Below are positions 28,825 through 36,647 of a DNA stretch of 52,494 nt, piece by piece (position 1 is the stretch's first letter; each line of letters begins with the position of its first letter). The stretch lies in IMG/VR virus record IMGVR_UViG_3300032931_000510, positions 1 to 52,494 of that record, one strand, 5' to 3'. A program made the translations under genes and the position numbers. A model generated the notes under the pieces. It did not search any database. It was not told the DNA's origin and worked only from the letters and a program-made list of their open reading frames with translations. Origin of the DNA: a virus. Taxonomy: Duplodnaviria > Caudoviricetes.

Positions 28825-29229
28825 TTATCCTTTGGGGTTTTTTGCGACACCTCCGGTATCACAGAATTGCATGATCGACAGGAGAGCATCAGGAGAGAGG
28901 ATGGCCATGGCGTCTTTGGCCTTGAGCGGGGAATACCCAAACACCTTTTGGATATTGGTCAGGGTCGCATGGACCTCAGGCTTGACGGACTTGATAAACG
29001 GTCGTTTGGTGCGCCGAATCGTCTGAAACAGATAATCATGCTGCATCCGTGGTTCCAGATGATACCGTTGATTCATATCCTGGACAAACGAGAGGCAATC
29101 GTAGTGGTAGGACATGGCCTTATTCATCAGGAACGGGATATACGACTTTTCGTTCGTGGCATCCTGCTCCATCAGATTGACTTTGGTGCTCTGGATGCTT
29201 TTGACAAAATCAAAGGGGTTACCCATCAA
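28825..29229 (-). CDS. 62: Clamp loader small subunit gp62
   Basis: NPFDFVKSI, YIPFLMNKAMS, FGYS..KA; position between 44 and regA. Confidence 0.9.
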   Translation of the reverse strand: MMGNPFDFVKSIQSTKVNLMEQDATNEKSYIPFLMNKAMSYHYDCLSFVQDMNQRYHLEPRMQHDYLFQTIRRTKRPFIKSVKPEVHATLTNIQKVFGYSPLKAKDAMAILSPDALLSIMQFCDTGGVAKNPKG

Positions 29230-29782
29230 TTTTCTCCATGATTCTATATCCTTTATTTCTATAAAATAACTTTGTTATTGGAGAAATTCTTGTCATATTA
29301 CCAATATCAAGGCCATGAATTTTACAATAGTTATATAAACTGATAATAACGTCTATATTTCCTTGTGGATTCAATATTCTCCATCGTTTGGCAGCATTAA
29401 GATTCCCTCTTTTACCTAAACTTTGATGGTGTCTCGCCGTCATTGATAGTGTTCTACCAGAAAGCTTTCTGCTAATCTTCCCTCTTATTTCCGGGGTTCT
29501 TTCTCTGGAAACATGATCCCAACCACCATCACCACCATTCTTCATATTATAGGAATGTGGCCCTAAAGTCACCAATTGTTTTTCTTTGGTAAACATCTCT
29601 TCAGAGGAAGAGGCTTCAACCAAAATGTCTTTTTTGAAATTTTCTGCCCCATATTTCTTGACGGCTCGTTTGATAAGCTTACCTGAGCCCATGTATCCAT
29701 CGTCTTTATTCTGGGTCTTGTGGCAACCGATGTAAGTCTTGCCGTTCAGAACATTTGTAATTTGATATACAAGATAATACAT
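29219..29782 (-). mobile_element. Free-standing GIY-YIG (Seg-like) homing endonuclease
   Basis: VYQITNVLNGKTYIG, YMGSG, KYGAENF, YN...GG; AT-rich. Confidence 0.88.
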
Positions 29783-29783
29783 G

Positions 29784-30740
29784 CTATAGAAATTCACAAC
29801 TGACCATCAATTCTGTCAAGGCCGCCATCAGACAAATCTCTTGATCGGCCGAGAACGAATGCTTATACTGATAATCGGCAATCAACAGCACCGCTTGGGG
29901 TATCGACGCAGGTTTCAGAATGACATACAAGGAATCATACAGCTTTCGATAGAAGGTGATCGGATCAATATCGGTGGAGGCGACCCAGGATCTCAAGGCC
30001 CCAAAATCTTTGGACTTCAGATGCGTCACGGCTTCCTGGATGGCGATATCGCCGATCTGTGCCAGGATGCCAGTATCGATCTTCCCAAATTGAGCATACC
30101 GTTGCAATTCATTTAAGACGCGCCGAAAGTCGGGGAAATGCTTCTTCAACAGTTCGGCAATGACTGCCGGCTCATGTTCGACCTTCTCGGTCTTGAGGAT
30201 GGTAATGACCCGCTTGAAGAATGATTTGGCCATGGCTTCTTTTTCAGAAGTCTTGAGCGCAAAATCAATCACCGCACACCGAGAATGGAGCGGCTCAATG
30301 ATGCGATGCTTGAAGTTGGCCGTGAAGATGAACGAACAATGCCCAGAAAATTCCTCAATGGCATTACGCAGGGCCGGCTGGATGGAGTTAGGATTCAGAT
30401 AATCCGCTTCATCCAGGATGATGACTTTTCGCCCACCTGAGAGGGACATGGCCGAGGCATACTGCTTGATCTTGGTCCGAAACACATCAATACCCGATTC
30501 GTCGGAACTGTTGATGACCATGTAATCCAGACCGATCTCTTTACACATCGCTTTGGCAATCGTGGTCTTCCCGACCCCGGCACCGCCTGCCAATAAGAGA
30601 TTAGGGATCTGCTTCTGATTCACGTATTCTTGAAACGGAACTTTGAGACGTTCTGGTAGAATACAGTCGGCCACCGTCTGGGGTCGATACTTTTCGACCC
30701 AGAGAAGATGGGACATATCCGCACTGTCAAAATTTGTCAT
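29784..30740 (-). CDS. 44: Clamp loader large subunit gp44
   Basis: WVEKYRP, GGAGVGKTT, ILDEAD, LHSRC, FPDFRR. Confidence 0.95.
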   Translation of the reverse strand: MTNFDSADMSHLLWVEKYRPQTVADCILPERLKVPFQEYVNQKQIPNLLLAGGAGVGKTTIAKAMCKEIGLDYMVINSSDESGIDVFRTKIKQYASAMSLSGGRKVIILDEADYLNPNSIQPALRNAIEEFSGHCSFIFTANFKHRIIEPLHSRCAVIDFALKTSEKEAMAKSFFKRVITILKTEKVEHEPAVIAELLKKHFPDFRRVLNELQRYAQFGKIDTGILAQIGDIAIQEAVTHLKSKDFGALRSWVASTDIDPITFYRKLYDSLYVILKPASIPQAVLLIADYQYKHSFSADQEICLMAALTELMVSCEFL

Positions 30741-30829
30741 ATTTTCCCCTTGAATACGAGTCACTTAGATGATGCTTTTGGGTGATTCCATAGAGAACAT
30801 CGCGTTGTCCAACAGAACCGTTCCTAGGC

Positions 30830-31504
30830 CTATTTTGACCGTTTGGACCCTGTTTCCAGCGACATCCAATACTGGATCTTCTTGGTGGTATGTTGGAAGT
30901 GTGCAATGCCCTTCAAGGAAATCGTGACCGTATAGTCACCAGGGATCAGGCGCCAGTTCTCGGCCTTGAATAAGGCTTTGGAAGCCGGGGCCACCGTCTC
31001 GGTCAAGCGGCGTGACGCATAGCTGGCCGAATCGTTGCTGGAATCCAAGACATCTAAGGAGAGGTGTCCGTCCTTGGAGATCAAGGCGATCTGTGGGGAT
31101 TGGAGCACCGATCCTGTTTTCTGGGCCCAGAGGAGATCCTTTTCGGTCAGGGCGATCACATAATCATTGGTCGGCAGGGCGATGTTGCGCTCAAAGGGAT
31201 TTTTGATGAGTTGAGCATCACAGCACCGATAGACGAGATTGGTCTTGAGGTCTTGACTGGTAATGCGAATCTCTGTGGTCGTGATATCCAGATTGGACTG
31301 TGCATCCAGGGACAGCACCGACAAGAAATTACCCAGATCATAGAGGGCGAATTCGACCGGGATCGATTCGTCGATGGTGGCCTCGACTAGGATGGTTTTG
31401 GACTCATTGACCGTTCGAATGACATTCCCTGGTTTCAAGAACATTTGGGTATTCAGTCCCGCAAAGCTTTTCAAGATTTGAAGGGTGGTATCAGAAAATT
31501 GCAC
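30830..31504 (-). CDS. 45: Sliding clamp gp45
   Basis: MQFSDTTLQILKSFAGLN, FALYDLGNFL, IPGDY.V, YWMSLE. GTG start with GAGG SD. Confidence 0.9.
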   Translation of the reverse strand: MQFSDTTLQILKSFAGLNTQMFLKPGNVIRTVNESKTILVEATIDESIPVEFALYDLGNFLSVLSLDAQSNLDITTTEIRITSQDLKTNLVYRCCDAQLIKNPFERNIALPTNDYVIALTEKDLLWAQKTGSVLQSPQIALISKDGHLSLDVLDSSNDSASYASRRLTETVAPASKALFKAENWRLIPGDYTVTISLKGIAHFQHTTKKIQYWMSLETGSKRSK

Positions 31505-31535
31505 AGTGCACCTCACGAAGATTAATAATGTATTG

Positions 31536-31564
31536 AGTATAACACAACTAGAGGGAAATGTCAA
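31536..31564 (-). promoter_or_regulatory. sigma70-type promoter TTGACA-17-TATACT (extended -10)
   Basis: Read directly; heads 45-44-62-regA. Confidence 0.8.
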
Positions 31565-32211
31565 GAGGAGGCTGTGGTACGAAGATGGCCTTCAGGTCCG
31601 CGAAGGTGTGCGACCAGAATCTCGACCCCCTTCGTGAGATCGTCGAGGCTACCATCATTCACTAAGGTAATGTCCATCGGTTGGCCGACCCATGCCGTTT
31701 CTGATGGATGGATACCGAAGGCATCCAAGGCATCTTGATGTTCTTTGGTAGGATCAAGATTGGCAGCACGGGCGACTTCATACCATACAGGTAGTGGTCC
31801 ACGCCGGACATGCACGATCACACCACCTTCTTTATGGATACCCTCCACTTCATTCACAAATCGGCAGTCAGTCACGACCACCTCTCGACCCTGGGCCCGT
31901 TTGAACAAGGAGGCGGTCCAGATATCAGGATGGATGCCGTTACGGCAGGCTTCGGTACCAAGGAGCTGAAGTGCCATGCGAGGAGTAAAAGGTTTACCAA
32001 ATGACTGGGACCAAAATTCATCAAGTTCTTCGCGCCACTCACGGGATTCTTTGGTCGCCCCTTCAAGGAGGGTACGGTCCCAACCAAAGATACTCGCGGC
32101 CGCGTCTTTGAGAGGCGCCGCAAACGAATCCTTCACGAATCCATGCTGGGCTAGGATGTTGCCTACAGTTCCCTTGCCCGCTCCGATCAGACCAACTAAA
32201 CCTATAATCAT
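31561..32211 (-). CDS. Deoxynucleoside monophosphate kinase (T4 gp1-like)
   Basis: GLIGAGKGT, SFAAPLKD, PRMALQLLGTE, DCRFVNE, HPSE. Confidence 0.9.
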   Translation of the reverse strand: MIIGLVGLIGAGKGTVGNILAQHGFVKDSFAAPLKDAAASIFGWDRTLLEGATKESREWREELDEFWSQSFGKPFTPRMALQLLGTEACRNGIHPDIWTASLFKRAQGREVVVTDCRFVNEVEGIHKEGGVIVHVRRGPLPVWYEVARAANLDPTKEHQDALDAFGIHPSETAWVGQPMDITLVNDGSLDDLTKGVEILVAHLRGPEGHLRTTASS

Positions 32212-32220
32212 AATGTACCC

Positions 32221-32301
32221 CTAGATGAGACCGAAATACCACAATCCAATGACTACCCAGAGCACCAACCACAGCGCCCAGAGTAGCCAGAAGATCACCA
32301 T
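32221..32301 (-). CDS. 26-aa Trp-rich hydrophobic membrane peptide (not in ORF track)
   Basis: MVIFWLLWALWLVLWVVIGLWYFGLI; starts 1 nt after the upstream stop and fills the gap. Confidence 0.5.
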   Translation of the reverse strand: MVIFWLLWALWLVLWVVIGLWYFGLI

Positions 32302-32302
32302 A

Positions 32303-33097
32303 TTACAACTTCCCAGTCAACTCCGCTATTCTGGCCATATTCCCAGTGAAAGCATACGTCCCGATGTGCTGACATTGCATCCACGGACACAACCAGATTG
32401 AGACACCAATGCGCCGAGCCCATTGACAAAACGCATAATCTTCTGAGAGATAGCGTTCTGACACCTTATCGATTTCGGTATCGAAGTAGGCGTGAATATA
32501 CCGGGTACCATCAAAGTTCGCTTGTCCGACATGATCGGGACGATACTTCTTTTCGGGATAGGCCTCTGCCCACTTCGGGAATACCGACCGATTGATCAAC
32601 ATATACCCTGTGCCGATTTCCATGACTTCCAATGGTTCAGAGACCTGAAACTGTTGGGTGCCTTTGACCACATTGAACACATAATCTCCCACGACCTTTT
32701 CGAGTTCCGATGCCACGATATCAGGATGGGCTTGGACCGACGCCTTGACGTTGCTCCAATTGATCGCTTTCTTGGGATAGGGCGCCCCAATAATTTCACG
32801 ATCTAAGGCCAACAAGGCCAGCACATCTTGTGGGTTGAAGTGGATATCAGAGTCGATAAAGAGGAGATGGGTAAAATCGGTACGGAGAAATTCATCAACG
32901 AGATAATTACGGGCCCGGGTAATCAGTGACTCGTTGAACAGAAATGAGAATCGGGTTTCGATGCCATAGCGGGTCATCAGACCTTGGAGGTCCAGGACGG
33001 ACTTGGCATACATGCCGTGACACATGCCGCCATAGCATGGTGTGGCAATAAACAACTTTTTCGTCTTCAGCAGATCGAGATTCACTTGAATTTCCAT
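32303..33097 (-). CDS. GT-A (GT2-like) glycosyltransferase
   Basis: LFIATPCYGG, SLITRARN, LFIDSDI (DxD), GTGYMLI, LSEDYAFC, HIG. Confidence 0.7.
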   Translation of the reverse strand: MEIQVNLDLLKTKKLFIATPCYGGMCHGMYAKSVLDLQGLMTRYGIETRFSFLFNESLITRARNYLVDEFLRTDFTHLLFIDSDIHFNPQDVLALLALDREIIGAPYPKKAINWSNVKASVQAHPDIVASELEKVVGDYVFNVVKGTQQFQVSEPLEVMEIGTGYMLINRSVFPKWAEAYPEKKYRPDHVGQANFDGTRYIHAYFDTEIDKVSERYLSEDYAFCQWARRIGVSIWLCPWMQCQHIGTYAFTGNMARIAELTGKL

Positions 33098-33139
33098 TAC
33101 AACATCCTCCCATAATAAACGGTCATTATCCTCTCTTAC

Positions 33140-33655
33140 TTATAACAGATCAGGCGCCTCCACTTCGATAGCGGAGTAGATGACCCCCGACTCGTTCAAC
33201 ATCTTTTTCGAAAAGTCCGCCATCTCCTGCCAACGACCCTGAGGGTTGGGGTTATGATAACAGACCAAACGGTGAATCCCATGCTGGATCACAGACTTGC
33301 AACACTCAGGACAGACAGGCGGGAACATCATGGTGGGCCACACATAGAGCGTACAACCACGAACAGAACTATTCGCATTAATTAAGGCATTCACTTCGGC
33401 ATGGACCACAAACTTATATTTGGTCTCACGATCCCCATAGCGTTCCGCGGTGTCTTTGACGCCACGAGGAAATCCATTATAGCCCAGGCCTTTGACCGTC
33501 ATGTCAGCATCCACCACGACGGCGCCGACTTTGGTGCTTGGATCTTGGCTCCATTGCGCGACATGCTTGGCCATTTCGAGAAATCGACGATCCCATTTCA
33601 ATTGTCGGATCTGGTTTTTCTTTGTGGTATAGATATCCATCAAGTGCCCCCTCAC
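33140..33655 (-). CDS. cd: dCMP deaminase
   Basis: SQDPSTKVGA, GYNG, VHAEVNA, CPECC. Confidence 0.9.
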   Translation of the reverse strand: MRGHLMDIYTTKKNQIRQLKWDRRFLEMAKHVAQWSQDPSTKVGAVVVDADMTVKGLGYNGFPRGVKDTAERYGDRETKYKFVVHAEVNALINANSSVRGCTLYVWPTMMFPPVCPECCKSVIQHGIHRLVCYHNPNPQGRWQEMADFSKKMLNESGVIYSAIEVEAPDLL

Positions 33656-33656
33656 A

Positions 33657-33690
33657 ACACAAAGCGGGCCTACCAGAACGATAGGCCCGC
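33657..33690 (-). terminator. Probable intrinsic terminator
   Basis: 9-bp stem GCGGGCCTA/TAGGCCCGC followed by TTTGTGT on the minus strand. Confidence 0.6.
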
Positions 33691-33717
33691 CATGCGAATT
33701 AATAGTAAGTGGAGAAC

Positions 33718-33978
33718 TTACCGGGCGGAGATGCTGAGACCCTGGGCCGCCTTGGTCGGCGTACCGAGGCGATACACACCCACCTTGGAACCATCAGCGC
33801 GGCGCTTGGTGTTCAGGTAGATTGGATAGCCATCCTTCCGAAGGCGCCAAATGGTGGCGGTCACATTGGCCGCACCAAAATACTTGGCTGCTTGTGCCAC
33901 AGAGAAGGTATTATACCCCGTCTGCTTCTGCAAAAACGCCAACATCCGATCCTTCACGCCCATCTTACGATCACTCAT
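33718..33978 (-). CDS. Small basic winged-HTH-like DNA-binding protein
   Basis: FSVAQAAKYFG..NVTATIWRLRKDGYPIY...YRLG; GAGG SD before ATG 33978. Confidence 0.7.
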   Translation of the reverse strand: MSDRKMGVKDRMLAFLQKQTGYNTFSVAQAAKYFGAANVTATIWRLRKDGYPIYLNTKRRADGSKVGVYRLGTPTKAAQGLSISAR

Positions 33979-34088
33979 TACAAACCTCTTATAATTATTT
34001 GGGACTCGCTTGAATTGGGGGAGTCCCATCACCCAGATCACTGTTTCCTGATTCATACTCATTCAATCCAGGAGAACTTTATGATGTT

Positions 34089-34117
34089 ATAATAACACAA
34101 TTTCATCTGTTTGTCAA
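34089..34117 (-). promoter_or_regulatory. sigma70-type promoter TTGACA-17-TATTAT (extended -10)
   Basis: Read directly from the sequence. Confidence 0.75.
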
Positions 34118-34133
34118 GAACTATTTTTCGTGC

Positions 34134-34460
34134 CTACCAGACATCCATTCGGGCATCGGCATTCAAGGCCAGACCACCGATCTCCCAGGCAGGGGTATCG
34201 GCGCTATGACTCATCATACCACGAATGGCATTTTTGAGTAACTTAATCCGTTCCCTCTGTTGATCGGTTTCAATCAGCAGGACATGGGTCATGGCACCCT
34301 GGAACTTGAAGGCATCCAAGATTTCTTTGTGGGGTGCGGTCTCCCAGGAAGGATGCACATTGGTATTGGCATCGGCCACGAGGACGCGCCGCTTCATCTG
34401 CATCAACTCAAATTTGACCTGGTCGAGTTCTGTTTTGAGTTTGGCAATCTCGTCTTCCAT
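34134..34460 (-). CDS. Hypothetical protein
   Basis: Fits the operon. Confidence 0.6.
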   Translation of the reverse strand: MEDEIAKLKTELDQVKFELMQMKRRVLVADANTNVHPSWETAPHKEILDAFKFQGAMTHVLLIETDQQRERIKLLKNAIRGMMSHSADTPAWEIGGLALNADARMDVW

Positions 34461-34461
34461 G

Positions 34462-34632
34462 TTAGTACTCTGTCATTCCTGCCGCACCGTCCAGGATTCT
34501 ATTGATATCCGCATACTCAGTGCCATTGAACAAATTATACAATTTATCCATTTCCTCTGAGGACGCATCCACATATTCCACGGATTCAGTCTTCTTCGTG
34601 GTCTTCTTTTTTATCGTCTTATTCTTTTTCAT
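34462..34632 (-). CDS. 56-aa hypothetical protein (not in ORF track)
   Basis: MKKNKTIKKKTTKKTESVEY...GAAGMTEY; GAGG upstream; fills the gap. Confidence 0.55.
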   Translation of the reverse strand: MKKNKTIKKKTTKKTESVEYVDASSEEMDKLYNLFNGTEYADINRILDGAAGMTEY

Positions 34633-34783
34633 AATCAAATTCCTCTAGTTGATCCACGCGGCCCACATAGCATCGTGCCACATCTTTATTATGTTCACCA
34701 TTCTCCACGGCCCACTTGGCCTCCTCTTTCGATTCAGCAAACACATTATACACGCAGATGCTATTTACCTCAAACTTTTTCAT
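34619..34783 (-). CDS. 54-aa hypothetical protein
   Basis: AAGGAG SD; MKKFEV...AESKEEA. Confidence 0.6.
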   Translation of the reverse strand: MKKFEVNSICVYNVFAESKEEAKWAVENGEHNKDVARCYVGRVDQLEEFDYEKE

Positions 34784-35285
34784 GATTCTCCTTCCAGATT
34801 TCATACGCTTCGGCCCACAACTCAGGGTCCCCTTTGCACAAGAACGACAACAGGTCCCGCAGTTCACTTAAAAACACCTTGGCAAATTTAGGATCGTGTT
34901 CGATGATACTCTTGGCATTATCGATCGAATCTGCTAACTTGATTGTCTGGGCTTCAGCAGGGGCCCTGTGTAATCGCTTGCACTCCGAGACTTTACGGAA
35001 TGCTCGATTCCCTGGGACTTCCACTTTGGTCAGCCAGCGCACAAGGTCCAAGACTTCACGGCCGAATTCATGCAGCAAGGTGGCTTCGGACACTTGGGTA
35101 TCCTCTAGGACATCATGCAGCAAGGCCGCACAGATCATGGCTTCGGTGCCGCCATGTTCGCCGACGAGGGTCGCCACCGCCAGGGGATGCACAATATAGG
35201 GCTCATTGGTATACTTGCGAGACTGACCCATGGCACCGTGAGCGGCCGTCGCAAACACCCTGGCTTTTTCAATCAAGTTCATCAT
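34770..35285 (-). CDS. HD-domain hydrolase, SpoT-HD/Mesh1-like small alarmone hydrolase family
   Basis: AH..Q.RKYTNEPYIVHP, LLHDVLEDT, IKLAD..DN. Confidence 0.85.
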   Translation of the reverse strand: MMNLIEKARVFATAAHGAMGQSRKYTNEPYIVHPLAVATLVGEHGGTEAMICAALLHDVLEDTQVSEATLLHEFGREVLDLVRWLTKVEVPGNRAFRKVSECKRLHRAPAEAQTIKLADSIDNAKSIIEHDPKFAKVFLSELRDLLSFLCKGDPELWAEAYEIWKENHEKV

Positions 35286-35305
35286 ACACTTCCCATCTTG
35301 CGGTC

Positions 35306-36526
35306 TTAAATTGTCGCATCCAGAGGTGATTCCTCTGTCGGCACCGCCGTAGGTGCCGCTGGGACCTCTTCCGGCATGACCGTCGGGTCGATCTTGGTAT
35401 ACATATCTAAGAAGGCCACATTGGTCTCCCGATCAAAGCGGTTCAGGCAATAGCCAATTGCTTTCATCCGATCACCGAAGATCCCATAGGCGCGGGTAAT
35501 ATGGACCAAGCGCCGAGTAGAGATCACTTCATTACAGCCCTGTTCCTCAAAGGTTCGGCGAATCGTCGTGGCCCAGGTGACCAGATACTCCGCGAATTGA
35601 TCGTCGGCACGGCCAGCACTCACCAATTCCTTTCGGACGATCTTGCGCTCCACCGCTTCAGGCGCCCAATCCTGTTCCAAGGTAATCGGGAACCGCTCAA
35701 GAAACGCCTCGTTGAGGATATTCGTAAACATATATCGGCCGTCCTCAGACCCCTTGCCTTTGGTATTCGCGGTTGCAATGACCGTGAAGCCCGCAAACGG
35801 GGTGACCACTTCGTTCTTCTTCTTCAGCAAGAACGGTTTCCCTTCAAGCACTCGCTGAAGGCAGGACAAATTCTGGGCGCCATAATCGATTTCATCGATC
35901 AACAGCACCGCACCATGACGCGCGGCCACCGTGACCGGACCATCACGCCAGACCATCTGATTATCGAGCAACACAAAGTTGCCGAGCAGATCGCTTTCAT
36001 CGGTATCCGGCGTCATAGACACACACACAAATTTCCGTTTGACCTGGGCACAAATCTGTTCGATAGACATCGACTTGCCGTTGCCAGAATGTCCAGTGAT
36101 AAACACCGGATAAAACTCGCCCGATTCGATGATCGAACGGAGATCGTGATAATTCCCAAAGGGAATATAATTGGGATAGGGTTTCGGTACCAGGTTCGAT
36201 GATTCTAGATCGGTCACCAATGACTGAATGCGAGGACCAGACACCACAGACAGCGGCCGCGTGACGGCTTCAACGGTATCCACGGTCGGCTGAGCCTTCG
36301 GCTGAGCCTGCGTCACAGACTTGGCCCCGGCAGCCGTCTTATGAAACGGGTTCTTATACAAACCACGCTTGACTCGGCACTCAGGATCTTTCGTAAACCA
36401 TTGGGGGACCTTGACTGCATTTTGTTCGCACAATGCCGTCAGATCATCCAAGGAAATCGTCGGTTCGACTAATTCGCTTAACAGGGCCACAATTTTATCT
36501 CTAGAACTATTCTTGGTCACTTGCAT
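35306..36526 (-). CDS. CobS/MoxR-like AAA+ ATPase
   Basis: GHSGNGKS, LLIDEID, ATANTKGKGS, NEAFLERF, ISTRRL. Confidence 0.9.
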   Translation of the reverse strand: MQVTKNSSRDKIVALLSELVEPTISLDDLTALCEQNAVKVPQWFTKDPECRVKRGLYKNPFHKTAAGAKSVTQAQPKAQPTVDTVEAVTRPLSVVSGPRIQSLVTDLESSNLVPKPYPNYIPFGNYHDLRSIIESGEFYPVFITGHSGNGKSMSIEQICAQVKRKFVCVSMTPDTDESDLLGNFVLLDNQMVWRDGPVTVAARHGAVLLIDEIDYGAQNLSCLQRVLEGKPFLLKKKNEVVTPFAGFTVIATANTKGKGSEDGRYMFTNILNEAFLERFPITLEQDWAPEAVERKIVRKELVSAGRADDQFAEYLVTWATTIRRTFEEQGCNEVISTRRLVHITRAYGIFGDRMKAIGYCLNRFDRETNVAFLDMYTKIDPTVMPEEVPAAPTAVPTEESPLDATI

Positions 36527-36562
36527 TCTCCTTGTTTGAAACTCGTCAATCTCTATAGTGTA

Positions 36563-36591
36563 ATTATCGCATAACCCCTCAGAAATGTCAA
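36563..36591 (-). promoter_or_regulatory. sigma70-type promoter TTGACA-17-GATAAT (extended -10)
   Basis: Read directly from the sequence. Confidence 0.75.
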
Positions 36592-36605
36592 CACAAAAGA
36601 CTCAG

Positions 36606-36623
36606 ATTAGAGGATTATAATGT
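36606..36623. repeat. 18-bp element ATTAGAGGATTATAATGT, copy 1
   Basis: Identical to 39019-39036. Confidence 0.9.
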
Positions 36624-36647
36624 GCTGACATTTCAAAGAGTTACGCA

